Of a stretch of 64,000 nucleotides of DNA, positions 42,375 to 52,860 are shown piece by piece. Below the pieces are notes generated by a model. That model was not told where the DNA came from. It made no database searches and saw only the letters and a program-made list of their open reading frames with translations. The position numbers were made by a program, and so were the translations under genes. How positions within the stretch are numbered: the stretch's first letter is position 1; each line of letters starts with the position of its first letter. The DNA comes from Syntrophales bacterium (GTDB lineage: Bacteria > Desulfobacterota > Syntrophia > Syntrophales > Fen-1087): assembly GCA_034678725.1 (NCBI GenBank), contig JAXDBM010000070.1, positions 5,836-69,835 on the forward strand. The letters are read 5' to 3'.

Positions 42375-43108
42375 AATATTTTCATGATCATCTGCACATC
42401 CTCCCAGACCTGCTTTTTTGCCCCGGGATTCCGAAGCAGATAAGCGGGATGGTAGGTGGGCATGAGCGGTATCCCCTGGTAGGCGTGAAAGCGGCCTCGG
42501 AGACGGGTTATGGGAATCTCGGTCTTGAGAAGGGTTTGCGCCGCAAAGGTTCCCAGGGCGCAGATGGCTTTGGGCTTCAGGGATTCGAGCTGCTTGACCA
42601 GGAAAGGCTCACAGGACATGATCTCGTCCGGCCTCGGGTTCCGGTTGGCGGGGGGACGGCACTTCAGGATGTTGCAGATGTAAACATCAGGACGGGTCAT
42701 CCCCATGGCCTCGATGATCCGATTGAGAAGCTGGCCGGCTTTTCCCACAAAGGGCCTTCCCTGTGCGTCTTCATCGGCGCCCGGCGCCTCCCCGACAAAA
42801 GCAAGGGCTGCCTGAGGACTTCCCTCCCCGAAGACAAGATGGGTCCGCGTCCGGCAAAGGGGACAGCGGCGGCAGTCGCCCAGCTCCTGCCGCACATCCT
42901 GAAGAGTCGGCGCCGTGGCCGCGGCATCGAGCGCACGATTCGCGGTTTCGGCCACCCGATCGCCCACCGTCATGCCCAGGTAGGAAGTCCCCCGCTTCAA
43001 TTCGAGATCCAGGCGGACGCGCGCCCGAAGGGATGCGACCAGCGCCAGCAATTCCCGGCCGGGATCGCAGCTTTCCGTCATGGCGAAGTTTTCCTTCCTT
43101 TCGTCCAT
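42371..43108 (-). CDS. Uracil-DNA glycosylase family 4
   Basis: C.RC.L...R...[38 protein letters not shown]; start uncertain (43117/43108/43081). Confidence 0.94.
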   Translation of the reverse strand: MDERKENFAMTESCDPGRELLALVASLRARVRLDLELKRGTSYLGMTVGDRVAETANRALDAAATAPTLQDVRQELGDCRRCPLCRTRTHLVFGEGSPQAALAFVGEAPGADEDAQGRPFVGKAGQLLNRIIEAMGMTRPDVYICNILKCRPPANRNPRPDEIMSCEPFLVKQLESLKPKAICALGTFAAQTLLKTEIPITRLRGRFHAYQGIPLMPTYHPAYLLRNPGAKKQVWEDVQMIMKIL

Positions 43109-43118
43109 CAGGCACATC

Positions 43119-44321
43119 TCAAAGCTTCGTGCGGCGGGCGATCATCGCCTTTGCCCGGTCCAGGATCCGGTCCGCCACATCCGCTTTCTCCATCAGCGGC
43201 AATTCCTCCATGCCGCCCTCCCGGTCCAGAATTTTGACGATATTGGTGTCCGACCGAAATCCGGCGCCTTCCTGCTTCAGATCGTTTGCCACGATCAGAT
43301 CCATATTTTTTGCCAGCAGCTTCGCCTTTGCATTCTCGACCAGGGCTTCCGATTCCATGGCAAAACCGATCAGGATCCGATTCTTCTTCTTTTTCCCGAT
43401 TTCGGCGATAATGTCGGGATTTCTCTCCAGTTGGAGGGAAAGCAATCCGTTTTTCTTCTTGATTTTTTCCCCCGCGCAAACGGACGGGCGATAATCGGCA
43501 ACCGCCGCGGACTTGATGACGATGGTGGCCTGCTTCAGATTCCTCATGACGGCATCACGCATCTCGACAGCGCTGGACACGGGTGCGAACACGACCCCTT
43601 CTGGGACAGGCAGAGCGGTGGGTCCGCTGACCAGGATCACCGATGCGCCCCGCCGCCTGGCCCTGGCGGCCAGGGCATATCCCATCTTCCCCGTTGAATA
43701 ATTCGTAATGAACCGGACGGGATCGAAGGGCTCCCGGGTCGGCCCGGCCGTGACCAGTACGGTTTCTCCGGCCAGGTCTTTCACCGTCAGAATGGACAGC
43801 ACCGCTTCCAGGATATCCGGCGGATCCGGCAGCCTCCCCACCCCTTCGGATTTGCAGGCCAGTTCGCCGGCGCCCGGCTCCATTAAATGATATCCCCGCT
43901 CGGCCAGTCTTCTGATGTTTTCCTGAACGATGACATTTTCATACATGCGGGTGTTCATGGCCGGACAGATAAGGACCGGCGCTTTCGTTGCCATGACCAC
44001 CGTGGTGAGAAGATCATCGGCCAGACCGGAGGCAATCTTCCCGATGACATTTGCCGTGGCCGGTGCGATGACGACAATGTCCGCTTCCTCCGCCAGCGCG
44101 ATGTGGGCAATGTCGAAATCCCGAACCAGCGAGAATGTCTCCCGGTAGACGGGATGTCCGGAAAGGGTTTGCAGCGTCAGCGGGGTGATGAATTCCTGTG
44201 CGTTCTTCGTCATCATGACCCGGACCCGGGCGCCATCCCGGACGAACAGCCTGACCAGTTCCGCCGACTTGTAGGCGGCAATCCCGCCCGTAACGCCGAA
44301 CAGTATGCTCTTCCCTTTCAT
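43119..44321 (-). CDS. coaBC: Bifunctional phosphopantothenoylcysteine decarboxylase/ligase
   Basis: GVTGGIAAYK, APATAN, PAMN..MY, LACKSEG.GR, TAGPTRE..DPVRFITN.STGKMG. Confidence 0.97.
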   Translation of the reverse strand: MKGKSILFGVTGGIAAYKSAELVRLFVRDGARVRVMMTKNAQEFITPLTLQTLSGHPVYRETFSLVRDFDIAHIALAEEADIVVIAPATANVIGKIASGLADDLLTTVVMATKAPVLICPAMNTRMYENVIVQENIRRLAERGYHLMEPGAGELACKSEGVGRLPDPPDILEAVLSILTVKDLAGETVLVTAGPTREPFDPVRFITNYSTGKMGYALAARARRRGASVILVSGPTALPVPEGVVFAPVSSAVEMRDAVMRNLKQATIVIKSAAVADYRPSVCAGEKIKKKNGLLSLQLERNPDIIAEIGKKKKNRILIGFAMESEALVENAKAKLLAKNMDLIVANDLKQEGAGFRSDTNIVKILDREGGMEELPLMEKADVADRILDRAKAMIARRTKL

Positions 44322-44439
44322 CACGGCCGTCCTTCCCCCGCTGCCGCGGAACATTTACCGAATGGCGACAGCATTGATTGAAAATATAGCAATTCTTCAA
44401 CCCAACATCAAGGAGTTAATCCGGCCGGGCTTTTTTGAC

Positions 44440-44468
44440 TTGCAATAGGAAAGACAAATCATTATATG
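44440..44468 (+). promoter_or_regulatory. Putative sigma70 promoter for the M23 peptidase gene
   Basis: TTGCAA-N17-TATATG. Confidence 0.4.
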
Positions 44469-44506
44469 TGGCGCCGCAAATCAAAATTGCATGAAGGGGT
44501 GATTTC

Positions 44507-45838
44507 ATGAACAAGCATTTCTTCCGCTATGTCATCGCCTTGGCGGTCGTCATCGTGCTGACAGGCGGTTTTTTCCTGTTCGGCAGCTATTTTGAAATCG
44601 GCAAGCCGGAAATCCGGCTCTCCGAGGATCTGGTCGCCATCGGACGGCAGAAAGGCATGGAGATCACTTTTTACGACAACGGAAGCGGCCTTCAAGAAAC
44701 AACGGCCGTCATCGTTCAGGACGACAAAACCTACCCGCTCTCATCCGTTCGTTACCCGGAGAAGAAAACGAGCCGGAAAGCGATATCGCTGACGGTCGAT
44801 CCCTACGAAATGAGGATGCATGATGGACCGGCCACCCTGCAGATCAGGGCCGTCGATTATTCCCTATTCAAAAACGAAACCCGGATCAGCAGGCCGGTGA
44901 CGATCGACATCACCCCGCCCCAGATTTACCCGCAGAACCCGCAGAACATCCTCAACCCCGGCGGCACCGGCGTCACCCTGTTCCGGACTTCCGAACCCAC
45001 CGTGATGAGCGGCGTAATGGTGGAAAACCAGTTTTTCCGGAGTTACCCCGTCACGGTTTCGGGCAAGATCTTCCAGATCGTCTATTTTGCCCTCCCCGTG
45101 GACGCCAGGCAGGGCGTTACGCGCATCAAGATCTTTGCGCGGGACTCAGCCTTCAACGAGGCTTCCCTGGCATTGCCCCACCTGATTAAAAGCAAGAAGT
45201 TCCGTGCCGACAAAATGAGCCTGTCGGACACTTTCCTGCAGCAGAAGATGCCCGACTTTCAGATTTCCAATCCGGAGCTCCGCGGCAAAACATCCTTGGA
45301 AACGTTTATCCACGTGAACGGGCAGATGCGGCAGGACAACCTGAAAACCATTCAGGCCATCACCCGGAAAAGTGATCCCCGGCCGCTCTGGCAGGACACC
45401 TTTCTTCGAATGAAAAATGCCTCGCCGATGGCGCTCTTCGGCGACGCCAGAACCTACGTGTACCAGGGGAAAATAATCGGCGAAAGCCTGCACGAGGGCG
45501 TCGACCTTGCGTCCACGGAACACGCCCCGATCGAGGCGGCGAACGACGGCATTGTCGTACTTGCCGGCCCTTTGGGAATCTACGGCAATGCCGTGATGAT
45601 CGACCACGGGCTGGGCCTTTTCTCCCTGTACGGTCACCTGTCGACGATCCAGATCCAATCCGGACAGCCGGTGAAGAAAGGCGACCGGATCGGATACTCC
45701 GGCGTTACCGGTCTGGCCGGGGGGGATCATCTGCACTTTTCCATCATCGTGGGCGACCGGTTCGTCAATCCCCAGGAGTGGTGGGACCCCCACTGGATCG
45801 CCGACAACGTCACGAAAAAAATCGCCCAGGCCAACTGA
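44507..45838 (+). CDS. M23-family metallopeptidase with N-terminal membrane anchor
   Basis: HEGVDLA (HxxxD), YGN.VMIDHG, GDHLHF (HxH). Confidence 0.92.
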   Translation: MNKHFFRYVIALAVVIVLTGGFFLFGSYFEIGKPEIRLSEDLVAIGRQKGMEITFYDNGSGLQETTAVIVQDDKTYPLSSVRYPEKKTSRKAISLTVDPYEMRMHDGPATLQIRAVDYSLFKNETRISRPVTIDITPPQIYPQNPQNILNPGGTGVTLFRTSEPTVMSGVMVENQFFRSYPVTVSGKIFQIVYFALPVDARQGVTRIKIFARDSAFNEASLALPHLIKSKKFRADKMSLSDTFLQQKMPDFQISNPELRGKTSLETFIHVNGQMRQDNLKTIQAITRKSDPRPLWQDTFLRMKNASPMALFGDARTYVYQGKIIGESLHEGVDLASTEHAPIEAANDGIVVLAGPLGIYGNAVMIDHGLGLFSLYGHLSTIQIQSGQPVKKGDRIGYSGVTGLAGGDHLHFSIIVGDRFVNPQEWWDPHWIADNVTKKIAQAN

Positions 45839-45906
45839 ACCCCGTTATCCGGATTGCCTCGCTCCGGCGCAGCGGATAATCGGGCGCCGGCCGGCGATTT
45901 TTGGTT

Positions 45907-46770
45907 TCAGCTCTTGTTGATGTCCCGGTGGCTGATGCTGACGAGATAGTTTTTGCCGCTGAAATAAGCCACCAACTCATTTGCCATCACGACCGACCGG
46001 TGCCTTCCGCCGGTGCATCCGAGGGCAATGTTGAACCGGGCCTTTCCCTCCTTTTCGTAGAGCGGGATCAGAAATTCCATCAGCTCGAAAAGCTTCCGGA
46101 TGAAAATCCGGCTCTCTTCGAATTCAAGAACGTACCGGCGGACGGCAGCATTGTGCCCGTCATGGGGCTTCAAGTCTCCGATGAAATAGGGATTCGGGAG
46201 AAAACGAACATCCAGCGCCATATCGGCATCGGCGGGCAACCCGAAACGGTAGCCGAAAGATGTGACATGGATAATCATTCTCCGCGACGCGGAGCCCAGA
46301 AAGTGCCGCTGCACCGCATCCTTGAGCTGATGGACATTCAGGGACGTCGTGTCGAGGACTTTGTCAGCCATCTGCTTCAGGGCAGACAGCTGGCTGCGCT
46401 CGCTGAGAATGCCCTCCATCACGGAACCGCGTAGGGACAGGGGGTGGTTTCGCCGGGTTTCGCTGAAACGATGGAGCAGGGCATCGTCGCCGGCATCCAG
46501 AAAAAGAATTTCGATCTTGTACCCCTTCCGGTTCAACTCCTCGAAGATCTTCGTGTAGCTTTCCAGAAAGCTTTTTTCCCTCAGGTCCATCACCATTGCG
46601 ACCTTCGAGACGTCTTTCGACGCCTCGGACTGGATCGCGAGAAATTCGGGAAGCAGGATCACGGGTAGATTGTCGACACAGAAGAAGCCGATATCTTCCA
46701 GCGCCCTCAGCGCCGTCGTCTTCCCGGAGCCGGACATGCCCGTTATAATGACCACGCGAAGCGTTTTCAT
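45907..46770 (-). CDS. rapZ: RNase adapter RapZ (YvcJ-like P-loop protein)
   Basis: [48 protein letters not shown]. Confidence 0.95.
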   Translation of the reverse strand: MKTLRVVIITGMSGSGKTTALRALEDIGFFCVDNLPVILLPEFLAIQSEASKDVSKVAMVMDLREKSFLESYTKIFEELNRKGYKIEILFLDAGDDALLHRFSETRRNHPLSLRGSVMEGILSERSQLSALKQMADKVLDTTSLNVHQLKDAVQRHFLGSASRRMIIHVTSFGYRFGLPADADMALDVRFLPNPYFIGDLKPHDGHNAAVRRYVLEFEESRIFIRKLFELMEFLIPLYEKEGKARFNIALGCTGGRHRSVVMANELVAYFSGKNYLVSISHRDINKS

Positions 46771-47633
46771 CTTTTCCCTCCCCTTTTGAAAAATGAATGA
46801 ACAGCCTCTTCGATCCGCGAAACTTCCGCGAATCCCCCGCATGGCACGGGAAGTCCAAAGCGGGGCACCGCGATATCCAGAATCTCGCGGGGTTTCTTTT
46901 TGCACGGAGAGCCACCGGGCTGCGGGCGCCCCTTCCTGACCAGGTCAATGACCAGATCGAGAATCGTTTCAGACAGCCGGTCCCGATGCCTGATGATTCG
47001 TCCGGTCGGGATGATTCCCGATGCGTTCACATGAACCCGGTTGCGCGAGATCCGATGACCGCGTGCATGAAGGCGGCATCCTTTTCTCTCGATCTCGATG
47101 ATGTCGTCGGCCACCCAGAGATGGCCCCGCCGAACCAGTTCCACACCCAGGGACGTTTTTCCGATACCGCTGTCACCCGTGATCAGAATGCCCCTGCCGA
47201 AGAGGTTCAGAAGCACGCCGTGCACGAAGCAGATCCGATCGATCTTTTCACGGAGCAGGCCCATGAGGCGGCTCTCCAACAGGAACGCATCATGGACCGA
47301 CGACATCACGCAAATCCGGCTTTGCTCGATCAGTGGAACAAAATAATCGGGAATACGACGCGATCGGGAAAGAAAGACGACGGGAATTCGCAGAGAAGAG
47401 ATTTTTTTCAGGGCGGGACCGCGTTCGTCCGGATGATGCGCCCAGCGGGAATGAATTGGACCGGGAATGATCAATGCGACACCGGGAAGCAGTTTCGGCG
47501 GATACCGGTCTTCAAGAGATTGGACCCGGGCTTGGTCCACGCGTCGCCTCGCTCCCGGCAAGCTGCCCGTGGCGGAAAGGCCCAGCCTATGTTCCGCCCC
47601 GCGCAGCAGATCTTCGATCGTCACAGCCGGCAT
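46767..47633 (-). CDS. hprK: HPr kinase/phosphorylase-like protein (divergent)
   Basis: [29 protein letters not shown] retained; located between ptsN and rapZ; C-terminal signatures degenerate. Confidence 0.75.
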   Translation of the reverse strand: MPAVTIEDLLRGAEHRLGLSATGSLPGARRRVDQARVQSLEDRYPPKLLPGVALIIPGPIHSRWAHHPDERGPALKKISSLRIPVVFLSRSRRIPDYFVPLIEQSRICVMSSVHDAFLLESRLMGLLREKIDRICFVHGVLLNLFGRGILITGDSGIGKTSLGVELVRRGHLWVADDIIEIERKGCRLHARGHRISRNRVHVNASGIIPTGRIIRHRDRLSETILDLVIDLVRKGRPQPGGSPCKKKPREILDIAVPRFGLPVPCGGFAEVSRIEEAVHSFFKRGGKR

Positions 47634-47657
47634 GATTCTGGAACAACACGGCTCCGT

Positions 47658-48122
47658 TCATGATATCTGATCATCCTGAACCGCGATGATCTTGTAGAGG
47701 TCTTCCCTCGTCCGGGCGGTCATCAACTTCGTCCGAAAAACGCCGTCCTTCAGCATTTTCGATATCTTGGCCAGCGCCTTGAGATGCAGTCCCGCTGAAT
47801 TCTCCGGCGCAATCAGCAAAAAGAACAGGTGGACCGGCTTGCCGTCCATCGCGTCAAATGGGATCCCCGCGGCGCTGCGACCGAAAGACAGGACCAGTTC
47901 GTCAAGTCCCGGGATTTTTCCATGGGGAATGGCAATTCCGTCACCAATGCCCGTGCTGCCCAGTCTTTCTCTTTCATGCAGCGCATGGACGGTGGCTTCG
48001 GAATCCAGATTCCGAGGGCTTTCGACAAAGGGCTGGACCAATTCCCGAAGGACGTCCCCCTTGTTGTCAGACCGCAGGTCCACCAGGATGTCTTCGACCT
48101 TGAGCATATCGATGATTTTCAT
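47658..48122 (-). CDS. ptsN: PTS IIA-like nitrogen regulatory protein
   Basis: RERLGSTGIG.GIAIPHG (phospho-His), DG.PV.LFFLL, HL..LA. Confidence 0.94.
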   Translation of the reverse strand: MKIIDMLKVEDILVDLRSDNKGDVLRELVQPFVESPRNLDSEATVHALHERERLGSTGIGDGIAIPHGKIPGLDELVLSFGRSAAGIPFDAMDGKPVHLFFLLIAPENSAGLHLKALAKISKMLKDGVFRTKLMTARTREDLYKIIAVQDDQIS

Positions 48123-48139
48123 GCGCCCTTCTCCGCTGA

Positions 48140-48679
48140 TCAGCTGTTTGTCTCGATGAGCGCATAAAGACCGTCTTCACGTCGATAGATCAGGCTGACA
48201 TTTTCCGTCAGCGCATCCCGATACATGATAAACCGGTTCTTGGAGTCCTCGATCTCCATCATGGCATCGTCCAGGGACATGGGTTTCAAGACGATTCTCC
48301 TGGTTTCGACCACCCTTGCATTCAACGCCTCCTCCGCCTCCTCCGGTTGGCCGGAAACGGCGGTGATTCCTTCGGAACGGGTCAAGTTGGTCTTGTGACC
48401 TCTGATTTTTTCCTTGCGCTTCTTCAGTTGACGCTCGATTTTTTCAACGGCATTGTCAATCGCCAGATGCATGTCCTTGGATTCTTCTTTCGCATTCACA
48501 TTCAAACCATCGGCCATCAAATTCACTTCCGCCACATTCCTGAACTTTTCAACGGAGAGAACCACATGCGCTTCAACGGGACGATCAATGTACTTCTTCA
48601 TTTTTTTCAACCGGTCATCCACATATTCCTTCTGCCAATTTTCTCCCTCTGCATTCCTGAATGTCACAGAAATCTTCAT
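48140..48679 (-). CDS. hpf: Ribosome hibernation promoting factor (long HPF)
   Basis: RaiA-like N-terminus (DMHLAID...K.ERQL) plus C-terminal KPMSLDDA...F..Y...SLIYRREDG. Confidence 0.94.
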   Translation of the reverse strand: MKISVTFRNAEGENWQKEYVDDRLKKMKKYIDRPVEAHVVLSVEKFRNVAEVNLMADGLNVNAKEESKDMHLAIDNAVEKIERQLKKRKEKIRGHKTNLTRSEGITAVSGQPEEAEEALNARVVETRRIVLKPMSLDDAMMEIEDSKNRFIMYRDALTENVSLIYRREDGLYALIETNS

Positions 48680-48776
48680 AAACCTGTCCTCCTGTTAAAA
48701 TGACCCAGCCTCACGGCGCATCCTCGCGCTCCATTCGAAATATCAGCCGGGTAACGCCGGGCGCGCAAAGCCCGTC

Positions 48777-48805
48777 TGTATATTTTCGTTGTCGCGAAAA
48801 GTCAA
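48777..48805 (-). promoter_or_regulatory. Putative sigma70 promoter for hpf
   Basis: Minus strand TTGACT-N17-TATACA. Confidence 0.5.
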
Positions 48806-48817
48806 CCCCCATCTTGT

Positions 48818-50281
48818 TTAAAACAGTCTTTTTCTCCGCGAAGAAGGCAGAATTCCCATCCCTTCCCGGTATTTGGCGATGGTCCTTCGGGCAATCGATA
48901 TCCCCGCTTTATCGAGAAGCTCGGCAATCTCGCTGTCACTGTAGGGGTTTCTGGGGTTTTCCCCACCGACAATTTTCCGGATTTCTTCCTTCACGCTTTT
49001 GGATGCGATATCGTCGCCGTTTGATCGGCTGATACCGCTACTGAAAAAATACTTCAGCTCAAAGATGCCCCTGGGCGTCTGCATGTATTTGTTGGTGACC
49101 ACCCGGCTGATGGTCGATTCGTGCATCTGGACATCATCGGCAATATCGCGGAGGACCAGCGGTTTCAGATGCTGGATCCCCTTGTCGAAAAAATCCTTCT
49201 GGTACCCGACGATGCTCTCCGTCACTTTATAGATTGTCTTTTGCCGCTGCTGGATGCTTTTGATCAGCCAGGTTGCCGACTGCACTTTTTCCTTGACATA
49301 CTTTTTCCCGGTTTCCTGATCCTCACTGACATTGTCCGCCATCATGATCTCCCGGTAAAAATTGCTGATTCGCAAACGCGGGAGGCCGTCATCGTTCAGG
49401 ACAATTTTATATTCATCGCCGGACTTGAAAACATAGACATCCGGAATGATCGACTGGATTCTTTCCTCACTGTAGATCCTGCCGGGCTTCGGATCCATGT
49501 TGCTGATCAACTGGACGGCCTGGAGAACATCCGAGAGGGAATATTTCATTTTGCGGGCAATCTGGGTGTAATTTTTCAGTTCCAGGTCTCTCATGTGTTC
49601 CCGAATGATGCCTTCGACCAGCGGGTTTCCGATTTCGAGAAGGCGCGCCTGAATCAGCAGACACTCCTTCAAATCCCGGGCGGCAATCCCGGGCGGATCG
49701 AATTCCTGTATTTTCTTGAGCATTGCTTCAACGCACCCCGCCTCAACCTTCTCCGATAGTGCAATTTCCTCCACATCCACCGTCAGGTATCCATTCTGGT
49801 CCAGGTTTCCGATGATCTGTTCGCCGATTTTCATTTCCTGTTCAGAGCACCGGGTCAGCTTCAGCTGCCACATGAGGTGATCCGTCAGGGAAGGAACGGC
49901 CGTCAGCATGTTTTCCCAGGGTGGGGCCTCGCCGTCGAGGCGATCGTAGGTGACACCCATGGGTCCGTAATCTTCGAGATACCCATTCCAGTCAAAATCT
50001 TCCCTTCCGTCTCCTTCCCCGGTCACTTCGTCCATGCGGTCGATGGCTTTGATCTCTTCCCGTTCAACGACCGGGATGCCATCGGCCTCGGTGTCTGCAA
50101 CCTTCTCCTGCTCGTCATCCGCTGAAATCTCTTCAAGCAGCGGATTTTCCTCCATCTCCTGGTTGATGGTATCGACCAGTTCGAGGCGGGAAAGCTGCAG
50201 CAGCTTGATCGCCTGTTGCAACTGTGGCGTCATAATCAGTTGCTGGGTCAGTTTCAGATTCTGCTTCAGCTCGAAGGCCAT
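48818..50281 (-). CDS. rpoN: RNA polymerase sigma-54 factor
   Basis: LIMTPQLQQAIKLLQL, DPPGIAAR.L.ECL, HESTISR, RpoN box ARRTIAKYRE. Confidence 0.98.
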   Translation of the reverse strand: MAFELKQNLKLTQQLIMTPQLQQAIKLLQLSRLELVDTINQEMEENPLLEEISADDEQEKVADTEADGIPVVEREEIKAIDRMDEVTGEGDGREDFDWNGYLEDYGPMGVTYDRLDGEAPPWENMLTAVPSLTDHLMWQLKLTRCSEQEMKIGEQIIGNLDQNGYLTVDVEEIALSEKVEAGCVEAMLKKIQEFDPPGIAARDLKECLLIQARLLEIGNPLVEGIIREHMRDLELKNYTQIARKMKYSLSDVLQAVQLISNMDPKPGRIYSEERIQSIIPDVYVFKSGDEYKIVLNDDGLPRLRISNFYREIMMADNVSEDQETGKKYVKEKVQSATWLIKSIQQRQKTIYKVTESIVGYQKDFFDKGIQHLKPLVLRDIADDVQMHESTISRVVTNKYMQTPRGIFELKYFFSSGISRSNGDDIASKSVKEEIRKIVGGENPRNPYSDSEIAELLDKAGISIARRTIAKYREGMGILPSSRRKRLF

Positions 50282-50282
50282 G

Positions 50283-51005
50283 TTACAGGTAAAAATCCTC
50301 GCCGAAATAGATTTTTCGCGCCGCTTCGCAATTCGCAATCGTCTCGGGATCTCCCTCAACGAGAATTTTTCCCTCGTTGACGATGTACGCCCTGCCACAG
50401 ACGGAAAGCGTTTCCCGGACGTTATGATCGGAAATGATCACACCGATGCCCTTGGATTTCAGTTTGAAAATAATCTTCTGGATATCGGCCACGGCGAGGG
50501 GATCGATGCCCGCGAAGGGCTCATCCAGCAGGATGTATTTCGGAGACGTGACGAGGGCCCGGGTGATCTCGACCCGCCGCCTTTCGCCTCCGGACAGCGA
50601 ATAGGCATATTGATCGGCCAGAGCCGACAGATCCAGTTCCGCCAGAAGTTCCTTTAAACGCCGGTCCCGAACTTCCTGTGGGACGTCCAGCGTCTCCAGG
50701 ATTGCCATGATATTTTCTCCAACCGTCAGTTTCCGGAAAATGGAGGGTTCCTGAGGCAGATAGTTTATGCCCTTTCTGGCACGGATGTACATGGGGTGCC
50801 GGCCGATGTCTTCCCGATCCAGATAGATATGCCCGCCATCCGGCTGAATCAGACCGGTAATCATGTAAAAAGTCGTAGTTTTGCCGGCTCCGTTAGGTCC
50901 GAGAAGACCGACCACTTCCCCGGGATAAATCTCCAGGTCAATCTCGTTGACGACCTTTCTTCCGCCGTAAATCTTGATCAGCCCGACTGCGGACAGCTTT
51001 TCCAT
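50283..51005 (-). CDS. lptB: LPS export ABC transporter ATP-binding protein
   Basis: GPNGAGKTT, YLPQEPSIFRKL, LSGGERRR, LDEPFAG.DP, SDHNVRETL. Confidence 0.97.
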   Translation of the reverse strand: MEKLSAVGLIKIYGGRKVVNEIDLEIYPGEVVGLLGPNGAGKTTTFYMITGLIQPDGGHIYLDREDIGRHPMYIRARKGINYLPQEPSIFRKLTVGENIMAILETLDVPQEVRDRRLKELLAELDLSALADQYAYSLSGGERRRVEITRALVTSPKYILLDEPFAGIDPLAVADIQKIIFKLKSKGIGVIISDHNVRETLSVCGRAYIVNEGKILVEGDPETIANCEAARKIYFGEDFYL

Positions 51006-51069
51006 CTGCAACAATCTGCCTGGTTTCGCTCATGCCCAGTTTGCAAAGATTCATGCCCCGGAAAGGAGG

Positions 51070-51678
51070 CTATTTCTTTTCCTGCTTCTTTTCGCTTGGA
51101 TAAATCGTCGCCGTCACCCGTTTGTTCTGGTCGCTTTCAACGACGCCACGGTCTTCGTCCAGATAGACGATGATTCGGTGCCCCACGATAACGTTCTTCC
51201 CTTCCCGCATGGCGGCGTTTCCCGTCATGACGACCTTTTGCGAATCCTGATAAAAGATCGCATGGTCGCCCGTCACGACCCGGCCGGGCTGGGTGATGAT
51301 GACGTGGCCCACAGCCTCGACCTGATCCAGATCGCCCGTCTCACCCATCCCCCGGATTTCCTTTTTCTTCGTCTTGTCAGGGTTCTCCTTGTAATGAATG
51401 ATCAGCCGGTCCGCCTTGATGACTTTGTCCCCCTGCGTTGCGACGGCATTCCCCGAAAAAATGACATTTTTTGTTTCATCATATGCATCCAGCCGGTCTG
51501 AAACGATTTGAATCGGCTGATTCCTGTCCATTTTAGCCTTTTTCTGGGTCGACGCCGCCTGTTTTGCCAGAACCGCCCCGGGAATCAGCGCCAAAACCAC
51601 GAAAACGCCCCAAAGCGAGAGCAGAAGGAGGGAGATACTCTTTTTTTCTCGAATCTCTGCAAACATTTTTTCACTCAT
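51070..51678 (-). CDS. lptA: LPS transport periplasmic protein LptA (OstA family)
   Basis: PIQIVSDRL, FSGNAVATQG...IKAD, L.GNA...EG.N...G..I; position between lptC and lptB. Confidence 0.9.
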   Translation of the reverse strand: MSEKMFAEIREKKSISLLLLSLWGVFVVLALIPGAVLAKQAASTQKKAKMDRNQPIQIVSDRLDAYDETKNVIFSGNAVATQGDKVIKADRLIIHYKENPDKTKKKEIRGMGETGDLDQVEAVGHVIITQPGRVVTGDHAIFYQDSQKVVMTGNAAMREGKNVIVGHRIIVYLDEDRGVVESDQNKRVTATIYPSEKKQEKK

Positions 51679-52256
51679 TTCAATTTAATTTCGGCCTTGA
51701 CTTTTGAAACAAGGTTCAGCTCTCCGCTTTTCATGTTGACGGTCAGGCCGGTCCCCATGATTTTCATCTGTCCGCTGGACATGGTGACCGGCGAATTCGT
51801 GTAAATCTTCCCTTCCGCATTGTTATAACTCAATTTATCCGTCGTGAAACGCTCGCCAGCGTCAGAGGTTCCCTCGACATTGCCCACAATTTCGATATCT
51901 TTTTTCTCGGTTTGAAAACGCCCCTTGTCCCCCTTCAGGGTAAAGGACTTTCCATCGGCCGTCAGCATTCGAACCCTGATCTTTTCAAAAAGGGCCACGT
52001 TTTCCTTCTTGAGGTATTGCGCCGTATCCGCCTTGATTTCCCATTTTTCACCCGACTGGCCGACATCGGTGTAAATGACATTCTTTACCTGAAGATCGAT
52101 ATTTTCGGCCATGACCTTCAGGATCTTCTCGGGCGCTTTCCTGTCATTCACCACCTTCAGGACAATGGAGACCGACAGAATCACCAGGGCAGACAAACCC
52201 GCGATTATCCAAGTTTTCTTTCTAAATCTGATCCTGCTTGAATTTATAGCATTCAT
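51675..52256 (-). CDS. lptC: LPS export periplasmic protein LptC
   Basis: Single N-terminal TM helix, WEIKA..A, beta-jellyroll repeats (G..F.T..L.Y); synteny. Confidence 0.87.
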   Translation of the reverse strand: MNAINSSRIRFRKKTWIIAGLSALVILSVSIVLKVVNDRKAPEKILKVMAENIDLQVKNVIYTDVGQSGEKWEIKADTAQYLKKENVALFEKIRVRMLTADGKSFTLKGDKGRFQTEKKDIEIVGNVEGTSDAGERFTTDKLSYNNAEGKIYTNSPVTMSSGQMKIMGTGLTVNMKSGELNLVSKVKAEIKLK

Positions 52257-52303
52257 GGTCGCAGAAGTAAAGGCGAATCATGGAAATCAGGCAGATCGAA
52301 TAC

Positions 52304-52846
52304 TTAGGCAAATTCATATTTCTTTGCCACTTCGACCCATTGATCCCGAGATTTCATAATGATCTCACAGACTTCCCGTATAGCCCCCCTACCGCCCCGG
52401 TTTCGGGTCACGTAGTGAGCCGCCTTTTTCGCTTCCGGCACCGCGTCCCGCACGGCAACGGCGAAACCGACCCTCCTCAAAAGGGGGATATCAACGACAT
52501 CATCTCCGACATAGGCGACCTCCGCCGGTTGAAGATCCATCCTGACCAGAAGCTTCTCAAAAACAGCGGCTTTGTCCCAGATCGACTGGTGAACTTCGGT
52601 AATTCCGAGGTCACGGGCACGGTGCAGAACAACTTCCGACTGCCTCCCGGTGATCAGGACGACGGAAATCCCGCAGCGCATGAGCATTTTCAGGCCGTGC
52701 CCGTCCTTGACGTCAAAATGCTTCGTCTCGCACCCCCTGTCATCCATGATGATCCGGCCATCCGTCAGAACGCCGTCCACATCGAGCATCAGCACCCGTA
52801 TGGGTTTGATCTTTTCGGCCAGCGGCGCATCACCGGTGTTCGTCAT
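52304..52846 (-). CDS. kdsC: 3-deoxy-D-manno-octulosonate 8-phosphate phosphatase
   Basis: DVDGVLTDG, FDVKDGHG, ITGRQS, YVGDD..D, GGRGAIRE. Confidence 0.95.
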   Translation of the reverse strand: MTNTGDAPLAEKIKPIRVLMLDVDGVLTDGRIIMDDRGCETKHFDVKDGHGLKMLMRCGISVVLITGRQSEVVLHRARDLGITEVHQSIWDKAAVFEKLLVRMDLQPAEVAYVGDDVVDIPLLRRVGFAVAVRDAVPEAKKAAHYVTRNRGGRGAIREVCEIIMKSRDQWVEVAKKYEFA

Positions 52847-52860
52847 CGCCCCCCCTGCAT

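Noticed and set aside
48700-48775. tRNA-like TTCGAA in the hpf leader
   Set aside because: No acceptor stem or cloverleaf can be built; not a tRNA
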